Shown piece after piece: positions 19,010-28,362 of a stretch of DNA of 64,000 nt (its first letter is position 1; each line of letters starts with the position of its first letter). The notes under the pieces were generated by a model. It saw only the letters and a program-made list of their open reading frames with translations, searched no databases and was not told where the DNA came from. Source of the DNA: an uncultured bacterium (GTDB taxonomy: Bacteria; Desulfobacterota_D; UBA1144; Nemesobacterales; UBA2774); contig CAWGRW010000009.1 in NCBI GenBank assembly GCA_963825135.1, positions 1,280,001 through 1,344,000 of the forward strand. The letters are read 5' to 3'. The translations under genes and the position numbers were made by a program.

Positions 19010-19714
19010 ATGAATGAAGGTTTCTCGCTTTCTGTGGTGCTTCCCGCGCACAATGAGGAAGGCAACATCAGGAAAACTGTGGAGAGCTGTGTTTCATACC
19101 TCGAAAAGAATCTCGGTGCATACGAAATAATTGTAGTTAATGATGGGTCGCTCGACAGGACTCGCGAGATCGTGGAAGAGATGTCTTCGGCAAACCCTAA
19201 CGTTGTGCTTGTCAATCACGAAATTAATAGGGGATACGGGTCGGCTCTGAGGAGCGGTTTCGATAAGGCCCGGCATGAGTACATATTCTTCATGGACAGC
19301 GACGGGCAGTTCGATATCAACGACCTTGACAGAATGATTACTCACGCCGGACCTAATTCCGCCGTCATAGGGTACAGGGAAGACAGGGCGGATTCTTTTA
19401 TCAGGTCCCTGAACGCCTGGCTTTATAGTATGTACATATATTTAGTTTTCGGATTAAGGGTGAAGGATATGGACTGCGCCTTTAAGGTTTTCCCCGGCAG
19501 TGCCTACGGGGCCGTGAAGCCGATCAAATCCGAGGGCGCGCTCTTCAGCGCCGAATTCTTAATAAAATTGAGGCGCAACGGGTATACTTTTAAAGAAGTG
19601 CCGGTAAGACATTTCCCCCGTCTTTACGGCTCGCAAACGGGTGCAAACATTAAAGTAATCGTTAAAATGTTCAGGGAATCATGGAAGCTCAGAAATGAAC
19701 TTAAGGACAATTGA
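19010..19714 (+). CDS. GT2 glycosyltransferase, polyprenol-phosphate sugar synthase-like
   Basis: VLPAHNEE, VNDGSLD, NRGYGSALRSG, MDSDGQF, DMDCAFK. Confidence 0.9.
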   Translation: MNEGFSLSVVLPAHNEEGNIRKTVESCVSYLEKNLGAYEIIVVNDGSLDRTREIVEEMSSANPNVVLVNHEINRGYGSALRSGFDKARHEYIFFMDSDGQFDINDLDRMITHAGPNSAVIGYREDRADSFIRSLNAWLYSMYIYLVFGLRVKDMDCAFKVFPGSAYGAVKPIKSEGALFSAEFLIKLRRNGYTFKEVPVRHFPRLYGSQTGANIKVIVKMFRESWKLRNELKDN

Positions 19715-21029
19715 AAATGGGGTGCGTCTGAAGAACCCTTATGTTCGATTTTCTTTGATTCTCGTAGCGGGTTTTGCCCTCAGAGTATTCCTTTCACAAT
19801 TTCTCACATACGGTCCCGATTTCAGCGTCTGGATTGGTTGGGGCAGCGAAATCTCTTCGGTAGGTTTCGGAAATTTTTATGATAAGTTCTGGTGCGATTA
19901 CATGCCCGGATACCTGATCATACTCTGGATTCTCGACCACCTGCACAGCGCTTTCCCCGGGCTCTCGGTCGATATACTCTTCAAGCTCCCCTCGAATCTT
20001 GCGGATCTCGGTATATCTATACTCATATTCTATTCGCTCAGGTTGATCACGACGAATAAAAATGCGATGACAGCGTCGATAGTATATTTATTTAACCCCG
20101 CGTCGCTCGCGAATTCGACATTCTGGGGGCAGGTCGACTCATTCCATGCCCTTCCGATATTACTCTCTATATATCTCGGGCTTAGAAAGAAATATATACT
20201 TTCGGGCGTCTTTGCGGCGCTGGCTTTCATGATCAAACCCCAGAGTATAGCAATATTCCCCCTGATAGGTTTCCTTGCGCTGAGACCGTTAATCCGTGAC
20301 AGGCGGAAGCTAACCGTCAGGTCTTTTTTGCCCTCCTTCGAGCTTGCGGTAACCGTTGTGTTGACGTCGATAGCGGTCACGCTTCCCTTTATATGGGGCG
20401 GGATCGATTCAGTTAATTCTCTGTTCACCGGGCCGTTTGCACTTATAAAGGAAAGATTCGATGCGGCTTACGGGCAATACGCGTACACGTCTCTCAACGC
20501 GTTTAATTTCTGGGGCGCATTTTTAATGTGGGAAAATGATGACATCAAGCTCCTGGGCGTATCATATAAAATGCTGGGAACATTGATGTTCGGTACGGCC
20601 TATATTTTTATTGCGGGCCTCCTGGTCAGGTTCGCCATCCTTATGAAGAATGATGAAAACGTGGACTATGCCTATCTGATATTTCAGTCGGTGACGCTCA
20701 TCCTCTTTACGCTTTTCCTCTTCGTCACACGCGCCCATGAGAGGCATCTTCTTCCCATGATTGTATTTTTTACGCTTATAGTATTCCGTTCTTGGATATT
20801 CTGGTATTTATATGCTATTGTGTCGGGTGTTTATACGGCTAACATGGTTTATTCTTACATCCAGCTAACAACACAATATAAGGGGATACCAGCGGATTAT
20901 CCCATGTATTTTATTCCGGGATTGTTTTTCCTTTACCTGTTAGCCTATATCATTATTTTTTGGGATTTTGTCGTAAATACTGTTAATTATAAGAATTCGT
21001 CTGAACCTCAATTGCTCCTGACACGATAG
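19695..21029 (+). CDS. GT-C fold integral membrane glycosyltransferase (ALG6/ALG8-like)
   Basis: Multi-TM; DYMPGY, FNPA...NS..WGQVDS, IKPQ, SLNAFNFW, HERHLLP motifs. Confidence 0.65.
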   Translation: MNLRTIENGVRLKNPYVRFSLILVAGFALRVFLSQFLTYGPDFSVWIGWGSEISSVGFGNFYDKFWCDYMPGYLIILWILDHLHSAFPGLSVDILFKLPSNLADLGISILIFYSLRLITTNKNAMTASIVYLFNPASLANSTFWGQVDSFHALPILLSIYLGLRKKYILSGVFAALAFMIKPQSIAIFPLIGFLALRPLIRDRRKLTVRSFLPSFELAVTVVLTSIAVTLPFIWGGIDSVNSLFTGPFALIKERFDAAYGQYAYTSLNAFNFWGAFLMWENDDIKLLGVSYKMLGTLMFGTAYIFIAGLLVRFAILMKNDENVDYAYLIFQSVTLILFTLFLFVTRAHERHLLPMIVFFTLIVFRSWIFWYLYAIVSGVYTANMVYSYIQLTTQYKGIPADYPMYFIPGLFFLYLLAYIIIFWDFVVNTVNYKNSSEPQLLLTR

Positions 21030-21040
21030 AATATAGATAT

Positions 21041-22351
21041 ATGCCGCCGCAATTATTTCTCAGGAAATATAAAATCGAGCTTTTTCTCGCGCTGATTCTG
21101 GTGTTCGGTTTCGGAATAAGGCTGTACCGTCTGGCCATCCCTGATAGTTATTATTTTGACGAGATATATTTCGCGTTCACCGCACAGGAAATGGCTAAAG
21201 GACACAGAGCGGCCTGGGAAAGCTATAACAAGGCGCCCGAAGACCTTGCCTACGAATGGACCCATCCTCCTCTCGGGAAAGAGATAAGCGCGCTCGGGAT
21301 AATGATTTTCGGTAATAACACGTTCGGCTGGCGGTTCTTCCAGGCCATATTCGGCGCTCTCGGCGTGCTGTTCATTTACCTGCTCGGGAAGAACTTGTTC
21401 GACAGCAAGGTCGCGGGTCTGATAGCGTCCTTGCTCTACAGCTTTGAGTCATTTTTCTTTGTATTGAGCCGTATTAGCATGGTCGACATTTTTATTGCCG
21501 ACTTTTTGATGCTCGCGTCTCTTTTTATAGTAAAGTATGCGAGGACAAGGAAGAACAAATTCCTCGTATTGGCCGGATTCTTTTGCGGGGCGGGAATGTC
21601 GGTAAAGTGGAGCGGAGTGTATATTACGGAGTTCCTTGCCGGCGTGGCGCTGTTTCTTGTTTATTATTTCGAGGTGTACACCACGTCCGCCCGCGACAGG
21701 GAGTTTCTATCCTCTCTTTTGAGGATAATCCCGAGAATGTTCCTGGCGTTTGTGATTGTTCCGTTGCTGGTCTATCTCGCCACGTACATACCGTTCTTCT
21801 ATTACGGGAATTCATTCCATGATTTCATCACTCTGCAGGGGAATATGTACGGGTACCACGGAGGGGTAACACAAACTCATCCCTACCAGTCCGCATGGTG
21901 GCAATGGCCTCTGATGCTGAGGCCTGTTTATCTGCATTTGCAGGACCTGGGAGACGGTATGAGGGCCCATATTTATTTAATCGGTAATATCTTCATATGG
22001 TATACGAGTTTGTTATTCTTGATTTTGGGGATAATCCGTGTGGTGAGGAAGGAAACGCCCTCTCTGCTCTTTGTTGTGCTGAGCTTCTTTGCATACTGGC
22101 TCCCCTGGGCTTTTTCCCCGAGAAAGATTATCTTTCTGTATCATTTCCTTCCTTCATTAGTATTCTTACTATTGGCTACCACTTATTTTCTGACTGAGTT
22201 GTGGAATAGCTCCGGAAAAGGGAAAATTTTCGTGATCGTATATTTCTGTATAGCCGCCGGTATGTTTTTCTATTATTATCCCATTCTGGCCGCATTACCC
22301 ATCGGGGAATCGGATATTGACCGTTATCTTTGGTTGAGCTCCTGGAGATGA
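21041..22351 (+). CDS. PMT/GT39 protein O-mannosyltransferase-like (lipid-carrier dependent)
   Basis: YFDEIY, HPPLGK, FGWRF, SRISMVD, VKWSG, HPYQS.WWQWPL..RPV, FLYHFLP, W..SW terminus. Confidence 0.88.
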   Translation: MPPQLFLRKYKIELFLALILVFGFGIRLYRLAIPDSYYFDEIYFAFTAQEMAKGHRAAWESYNKAPEDLAYEWTHPPLGKEISALGIMIFGNNTFGWRFFQAIFGALGVLFIYLLGKNLFDSKVAGLIASLLYSFESFFFVLSRISMVDIFIADFLMLASLFIVKYARTRKNKFLVLAGFFCGAGMSVKWSGVYITEFLAGVALFLVYYFEVYTTSARDREFLSSLLRIIPRMFLAFVIVPLLVYLATYIPFFYYGNSFHDFITLQGNMYGYHGGVTQTHPYQSAWWQWPLMLRPVYLHLQDLGDGMRAHIYLIGNIFIWYTSLLFLILGIIRVVRKETPSLLFVVLSFFAYWLPWAFSPRKIIFLYHFLPSLVFLLLATTYFLTELWNSSGKGKIFVIVYFCIAAGMFFYYYPILAALPIGESDIDRYLWLSSWR

Positions 22352-22429
22352 TGCAATCGGTTTTCAACCTGTAACTATCGCTGTTGATATGCAGTGTCGG
22401 GGTTATTACCCTGTGTCCCGGATCATGCT

Positions 22430-23047
22430 ATGAAGAAACTCGATCTAGTCGCCTCAATCATCGTCGGCGTCATTATATCTGTTTTTGTAATCGCGATATT
22501 GAGCACTCTCAAGGATGAGCTCCACATCCGGTATTTACCCTACGACGTTATCTGGCCCGCCTTTCTGATAATAATCCCGGCGTTCGTCGTGCTGTGGGTA
22601 TATATATCCTCGCACCTCGGAGCGAAGTGGAATATACTTTTTCAATTCGGGAAATTCATACCGATAGGTGTGTCAAATACGGCAATCGATTTCGGAGTTC
22701 TCAATTTTCTGATGTTCGTTTCGGGAGTTCATAAGGGGTATCTGTTTTCTGCTTTCAAGGGTATTTCGTTTGTCTTCGCGGCGGCAAATAGTTATGCCTG
22801 GAACAAGTTCTGGACATTCGAGAGCAGGGAAAGGGACGGGATGGGAAAGCAGTTCGTTAAATTCGTCATTGTCTCCGCTATCGGTTTTGCGCTGAATGTT
22901 CTCGTGGCGTCTTTCATTGTGAATGTCTTGCGGCCCGTAGGCGGCCTTTCTCCTGTATTATGGGCAAACGTAGCGGTATTCGCATCCATTGTACTCGTAA
23001 TTATCTGGAATTTCTTTGGCTATAAATACCTGGTTTTTCAAAAGTAA
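22430..23047 (+). CDS. GtrA family protein (putative lipid-linked sugar flippase/carrier)
   Basis: QFGKF..IGVSNT.IDF, NSY.WNKFWTF, WNFFGYK..VF. Confidence 0.85.
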   Translation: MKKLDLVASIIVGVIISVFVIAILSTLKDELHIRYLPYDVIWPAFLIIIPAFVVLWVYISSHLGAKWNILFQFGKFIPIGVSNTAIDFGVLNFLMFVSGVHKGYLFSAFKGISFVFAAANSYAWNKFWTFESRERDGMGKQFVKFVIVSAIGFALNVLVASFIVNVLRPVGGLSPVLWANVAVFASIVLVIIWNFFGYKYLVFQK

Positions 23048-23048
23048 A

Positions 23049-24263
23049 TTAGTAGCCCGTCCATCCGAATTTATATATCCAGAGCACGCCCCAAAGGTTT
23101 ACCAGTATCCCGATAAGGATCAGGATTTTGTGATGCCATCTGATGTCGGGGCCTATCCCCTTAACCGTTAGGAGAAACAGGAAAGGATAAAAGTCCATTG
23201 CGAACCTGTATCCGAACTGAGAGAACCCCCATGTGCCGTGACAAAAGTTCACCAATGCTATCAATACGATAGAGAGCCAGCACCCTATTGCCAGCCTGTT
23301 TCTTATGCCGGCAAAAAAAGAATAAATGAACGCCGGGGTAGTAATCCAGATCGCCATGCCGTTCCAGGAGGGCCTAAAATATGGAAACTCGCCGGTAAAC
23401 TTGGGAAGCTCCCAGAATATGATTTTTAAGTGTCTAGGTATGTACGTAATGTCGAATATACCCTTCTGGTACCACGGTTCTTCGAGTATTCCGGGTATCA
23501 GGTAATAGGAGATATCAAACGGCGTGTGAAATCGCAGCAGGTTATAGATTGAATTTAATAGTATGAAAATTCCCGCTCCCGCCCCAAGCCAAATAACGGG
23601 CTTAAGCCGTATCCTGTCGTAAAAGCTGCGGTCTTGCCCCTGACTGAACCATTGGTCCGAGTACATGGTTACAAAGAACGGAAACGATAGTATTGTCGGG
23701 AGACGGGTCCAGTAGGACGCCCCCAGGGCCGCCCCTGTATAAAACGGGTGAGATCTATATAAGGTCAGAAGGATCGCGATAAACAGTAACGTCGCGGATA
23801 CGGTGTGGGAGAACATCCAGACCCCGCCCGCGGTCGCGACCCACCAGTGTATAGTCCCGAAACCGAACATGGCCGCGGTCCAGACTTGAATACCTCTGTT
23901 TTTTGAGATCGCCCTCGCGGCTAAAAAGGCTAGAGATACGTTAAGACTGCCGAGGAAGATTGAAATCAGGGTCTGGTTTGTCGAAAGGCCGAATATGGCA
24001 ACTACGGGCAATATCAATACAGCCGGAAACGGCGGGGGTACGATATAGTGCCTGCCCTCGAAAGGGACCAGTTCCTGCCACGGAACGTCTTCGGTGAGAT
24101 ATAGCCTTCCGTGAAGGATAGCGTCGGCCAGTCTTACGAAATTGTCATACGGAGTGGGGGCGTGCTGCGTGAAAAAATATACGGTAAATGACACCGCGAA
24201 TATGATTAGAAAAAGGATGAGAGTCGTCTTTTGGCTGTCTGCGTCAGGCTTTACGGGTTCCAT
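23049..24263 (-). CDS. Multi-TM membrane protein, probable GT-C glycosyltransferase (paralogue of 26298-27530)
   Basis: LADAILHGRLY, PPPFPA, YNLLRF.TP.D, QFGYRFAMDF; about 10 TM segments. Confidence 0.6.
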   Translation of the reverse strand: MEPVKPDADSQKTTLILFLIIFAVSFTVYFFTQHAPTPYDNFVRLADAILHGRLYLTEDVPWQELVPFEGRHYIVPPPFPAVLILPVVAIFGLSTNQTLISIFLGSLNVSLAFLAARAISKNRGIQVWTAAMFGFGTIHWWVATAGGVWMFSHTVSATLLFIAILLTLYRSHPFYTGAALGASYWTRLPTILSFPFFVTMYSDQWFSQGQDRSFYDRIRLKPVIWLGAGAGIFILLNSIYNLLRFHTPFDISYYLIPGILEEPWYQKGIFDITYIPRHLKIIFWELPKFTGEFPYFRPSWNGMAIWITTPAFIYSFFAGIRNRLAIGCWLSIVLIALVNFCHGTWGFSQFGYRFAMDFYPFLFLLTVKGIGPDIRWHHKILILIGILVNLWGVLWIYKFGWTGY

Positions 24264-24284
24264 CTCGAATAGGGCCCTGCCGAT

Positions 24285-24989
24285 TTATAGAAACTTATAC
24301 GCGTATAGTTTTACAACATGGTAAAGGTAATCAAGGATGACTCCGCTGTTTAACTTCGTCTCCCCGTATATCCTGTCCCGGAAAACAATCGGTACTTCAA
24401 CCACTCTATCGTATTTTCCTCTGACCAGGATCTCCAGGGCTATTTTAAATCCCTTCGGGCTTAATTCGGCGTTTTTTATTACTTCCCGTTTCAGGAAAAA
24501 AAATCCGGACATGGGGTCCTTAACCTTCGTAAGGCCGATTACGGCGAGAGTCGCGAGTCTGGAGGAAATCTTTCTGCTCAGAGCCCAGTCCCCGGATTCG
24601 CCCTTATCGACATAACGGCTCCCTATCGTTATATCCGCTTCCCCGCTTAGTATCGGCGCAATTAGTTCGGGTATTTTTTCAGGCGGATGGCTCAAGTCAG
24701 CGTCCATGACCCCGAGTATCCCGCTTTTAGACATGCTGAAGCCGCTTAATACGGCTGAAGACAGACCCCTTTCGCTGAGTCTCCTCAATACTTCGAGCCC
24801 GCTGTACTTTTCCTTGAGTCCTTCGGCGACTTTCCATGTCCCGTCGGGAGAATCGTCGTCAACCACGATTACTTTCCCGTCCAGGTTCGATTCGCGGAAA
24901 ACGCTGAATACCCTTTCCAGCAGAATAGGCAAATTCTCCGATTCATTATACGTTGGTATTACGAGCGTTATATCCATTTCACTGAACAT
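24285..24989 (-). CDS. Polyprenol monophosphomannose synthase (DPM1/Ppm1-like GT2)
   Basis: VIPTYNE.ENL, VDDDSPDGT, RGLSSAV, MDADLSHPP, GSRY, DPMSGFF, F.DR..GETKL. Confidence 0.88.
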   Translation of the reverse strand: MFSEMDITLVIPTYNESENLPILLERVFSVFRESNLDGKVIVVDDDSPDGTWKVAEGLKEKYSGLEVLRRLSERGLSSAVLSGFSMSKSGILGVMDADLSHPPEKIPELIAPILSGEADITIGSRYVDKGESGDWALSRKISSRLATLAVIGLTKVKDPMSGFFFLKREVIKNAELSPKGFKIALEILVRGKYDRVVEVPIVFRDRIYGETKLNSGVILDYLYHVVKLYAYKFL

Positions 24990-25075
24990 AATTTTACCAT
25001 TAATATGAATCGATAATATGAATCGGCAAATAATAATACTATCAAGGCCGGGCGGACGTTAAGGTGCACAAATTC

Positions 25076-26179
25076 TTAAAAAGCCCAGCTGAACCTTATA
25101 AACTGTATCAGGAGCAGTGCATAGAGCGAAAGTGAGATAAATACAATCAGATAATTCACGGCCCTGTGTCTGCCTAATACGGCTAGGGCAATGAAAATCG
25201 GGAGCATCGATAGGGTGTATCTCGGGATGCTCAGCCAGAACCCCGTCGAGATAACTAAAAGCCAGGTCGCCAGCGCGTACAGGCAGTATGAAAGACGTAT
25301 CCGGAAAAATGAATATATAATAAGAGCGAGACCGAGAATCGCGAACAACAGCTCACCCCATCCCGCCAGCATTGCGTCTCTGGGTTCCCTATAGCGTATG
25401 CTTTGCAATGCGGACATTAACCCTTTGTAAGGGAAATCTAGGTGTTTTGACCAGTGCTTTTCCTGTATTTCCAGAAACTTGAACGGGTCCCCGAACGTGA
25501 CGTAGTTTATTGCGAGATAGAAAATAATACCGAGCGCGATTATGGAGAGCCAGAGTATGTTTTTCCGTACGTTCTTTAATTGGAATCCTTTCTGGTTCAG
25601 GTACTCGATTACGAGCACGGGGAGCAATATGATCCCGGTTACCCTCGTCGCCGCTGCCAGCATTCCGATTAATCCCGCAAGCGCCCATTTCTCCTTTCTC
25701 GCGTAATAAAAGCTGGCGATCACGAGGGCCATGTACAGACTTTCGGTATATGCCGAATGGAAGAAAAAGGCTGTAGGGAATATGGATAAATATATTACGG
25801 ATCTGAATGAATCTTCGGCGTCGCAGTCTATCCTTACGAGCTTGAAGAAGTAAATTATCATTACGGCGAATGCCAGGTTCGATACGAGAAGAGCCGAAAG
25901 TAAATAGTCTCTGAATACTACGGAAAATATTTTGATCATAAACGGATAAAGCGGAAAAAATACGATTTGCAGGTGCCTTCCTTCCGCCGTCGAGCTCGTA
26001 TATCCGTACCGCGCGATTTCTGTGTAGTGCCGGGTATCCCACACACTCCAGATCGCAACGATCGAATCGGGATATTTGTTTTCGAGGATTATGTAGGCTA
26101 CATATGCAAGACCGAAGGTTCCGATTATCGAGATTACGGCGATGAGTGTTAAGTCCCTCAGCTGGGGGTTGAACTTCAT
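25076..26179 (-). CDS. PIG-V-like (Mannosyl_trans2/GT76) mannosyltransferase
   Basis: WD..HY..IA..GY, FFPLYP, FPTAFF...YTESL, ATR.TG, S.PRY motifs; multi-TM. Confidence 0.8.
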   Translation of the reverse strand: MKFNPQLRDLTLIAVISIIGTFGLAYVAYIILENKYPDSIVAIWSVWDTRHYTEIARYGYTSSTAEGRHLQIVFFPLYPFMIKIFSVVFRDYLLSALLVSNLAFAVMIIYFFKLVRIDCDAEDSFRSVIYLSIFPTAFFFHSAYTESLYMALVIASFYYARKEKWALAGLIGMLAAATRVTGIILLPVLVIEYLNQKGFQLKNVRKNILWLSIIALGIIFYLAINYVTFGDPFKFLEIQEKHWSKHLDFPYKGLMSALQSIRYREPRDAMLAGWGELLFAILGLALIIYSFFRIRLSYCLYALATWLLVISTGFWLSIPRYTLSMLPIFIALAVLGRHRAVNYLIVFISLSLYALLLIQFIRFSWAF

Positions 26180-26297
26180 TCTTTACCGGTCCTGTGTTCC
26201 GTCAATTTGTCCGTCTCGTCTCTTTTACCGGAATCCGCAAATCGTATATTATGTTAATCTAATTTTGGGAAATATTGAATATTCTTGTGATGAGGCA

Positions 26298-27530
26298 ATG
26301 AAGACCGTCGTTTCGATTTATGACAGATATCCCCGCCTGATAACCGCATTCGTTTTTTGTGTAATCGGGTTCCTTGTATATTTTTTAACCGAGCCCCGCG
26401 TTTCTGACCCTTTTAATTACTTTAACTATCTCGCCGACGCGTTCCTCCACGGAAGGCTATATGTGACGGATACGCCTTTTTACTTTGAGGAGCTGATTCA
26501 CAGGGCCGGTAAGTCTTATGAGATTTACCCGCCGTTCCCCGCCCTGCTGCTCATGCCTTTTGTAGCCCTCTTCGGTGTGGAGTTCAAACAGGTGTTCCTG
26601 TCTTTTTTCCTGGGCGGTCTGAATATTTCAATTATATACCTGATAATGACCGGGCTCACGGCCAAAAGGGAGCTCCGTATATGGATGACGGTCCTCTTCG
26701 GGTTCGGAACCATACACTGGTACACGGCCACTGTAGGCTCCGTCTGGTACTTCGCCCAGATTACGTCGATGACGCTGCTGCTGCTGGCGGTTTACTGCAC
26801 GCTCCGCGCCCAAAGGCCTTTATTAATCGGGCTTCTGCTCGGGGCTTCGTACTGGTCCAGATTGCCGACCCTGCTGACGCTTCCGTTTTTCATAATAATG
26901 CTCTCCTATGACGGACTTCCGATGCGGGAAAGGGGCAGGAGCATCGCCGGATTCAGAATTCGGCCGCTCATACTCGTATGCGCCGGCGCCGGCATTTTCG
27001 TGCTGCTAAATTTCCTGTACAACTATCTCCGGTTCGGCACTCCGTTAGATACGGCGTACGTCATGCACGCGATCTCTCCGGCCAAGGAAAAGATTTCACC
27101 CTGGTTCAACAAGGGGCTTTTCAGCCTCTCATATATCCCCTATCACCTTTACATCTTTTTTCTACAGCCGCCGGTGTTCATAGAAAAATGGCCTTATATA
27201 ATCCCTTCCAAGGTCGGCCTCTCGGTTCTTATTACGACACCCGCCTTCATATTTGCTCTGTTTGCGGGAATAAGAAACAGACTCTCTATTGCCTGCTGGG
27301 CGGCAATTATACCCACGGCGTTTCTTATCTTTATAAAAAGCGGGACTGGGTGGGCCCAGTTCGGATACAGGTATGCCCTGGATTTTTATCCATTCCTCTT
27401 TCTTCTTACCGTAAAGGGCATCGGGGAGAACTTGAAATGGTATCACAAGGCCTTGATAGTTCTGAGCGTGCTGGTCAACCTTTGGGGCGTATTGTTCTTC
27501 AATAAATTCGAATGGTACAAGCTTTATTGA
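26298..27530 (+). CDS. Multi-TM membrane protein, probable GT-C glycosyltransferase (paralogue of 23049-24263)
   Basis: LADAFLHGRLY, YPPFPA, YNYLRFGTPLD, QFGYRYALDF; GAGG SD before ATG 26298. Confidence 0.6.
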   Translation: MKTVVSIYDRYPRLITAFVFCVIGFLVYFLTEPRVSDPFNYFNYLADAFLHGRLYVTDTPFYFEELIHRAGKSYEIYPPFPALLLMPFVALFGVEFKQVFLSFFLGGLNISIIYLIMTGLTAKRELRIWMTVLFGFGTIHWYTATVGSVWYFAQITSMTLLLLAVYCTLRAQRPLLIGLLLGASYWSRLPTLLTLPFFIIMLSYDGLPMRERGRSIAGFRIRPLILVCAGAGIFVLLNFLYNYLRFGTPLDTAYVMHAISPAKEKISPWFNKGLFSLSYIPYHLYIFFLQPPVFIEKWPYIIPSKVGLSVLITTPAFIFALFAGIRNRLSIACWAAIIPTAFLIFIKSGTGWAQFGYRYALDFYPFLFLLTVKGIGENLKWYHKALIVLSVLVNLWGVLFFNKFEWYKLY

Positions 27531-27596
27531 CCTGACACCCGGCGTTATGTATTTTAAGACTGTAAATTTGAGAACTTACGGTCCCTCACCGTTTAA

Positions 27597-28208
27597 ATGG
27601 CAAAAGCCTACAATATTCGTAACTACTTCATACCATTAATTATTTATGTCGTTGTGATAACCCTCATCCTGGTTATGAAATTTCTTGTTCCGTGGACTTA
27701 CGTTATTTCCATTTCAGCTGTCCTCATGCTCTCCGTGCCTTTTATTCTAAAATCTGATCTGAGTGACCTCAGGTGGGACCGGAGGGGGGTGCTTATCGGC
27801 ATTGCGGCATCGATAGCGGTCCTCCTCATTTATATATCCGTGCTCGCGGGCTACGGCCTCTATTCAGGAAAATCCCTGATGTTTCAGAGGCTTTCATATA
27901 CCTTCATACTCGCCCAGCTCCTCCTGGTGGCCCTTCCGGAAGAGGTTTTTTTCCGCGGCTTTCTTCAGCAGAGGCTCGGCAACACGCTCTGGGGGATAGC
28001 GGCCGTAAGCCTCCTGTTTGCGTTCGGGCACTTCGTCACTCTGTGCCTGGGGGGCGGGCACGGCTTATCGGTGTGCTCTCAGGCCGTTCTCACGTTCTTC
28101 CCTTCCCTGGTTATGGGCTACCTCTACATGACTACCGGAACAATCTGGGCGAGCGTTATCTTTCATTTCCTCGCCAATCTGGTCCATATCTCGGCGGGTT
28201 TTTCTTAA
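27597..28208 (+). CDS. CPBP (Rce1/CAAX-type) glutamic intramembrane protease, myxosortase-like
   Basis: PEEVFFRG (EExxxR), FAFGH (FxxxH), HFLAN (HxxxN), FFPSLVMG. Confidence 0.85.
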   Translation: MAKAYNIRNYFIPLIIYVVVITLILVMKFLVPWTYVISISAVLMLSVPFILKSDLSDLRWDRRGVLIGIAASIAVLLIYISVLAGYGLYSGKSLMFQRLSYTFILAQLLLVALPEEVFFRGFLQQRLGNTLWGIAAVSLLFAFGHFVTLCLGGGHGLSVCSQAVLTFFPSLVMGYLYMTTGTIWASVIFHFLANLVHISAGFS

Positions 28209-28362
28209 TAAGACCGGTAAACCCTGTCAGGCTATATGAATTTTGAAGCCGCCCGGGGAGGGTATTTCGCACCCGCCATATTTCCTGTTGGTCCGGATTC
28301 AGTTAAAATACTGTAATCACTTTATTTCTTGGAGTGTTATAATTTACGGATCGAGTGATCTT

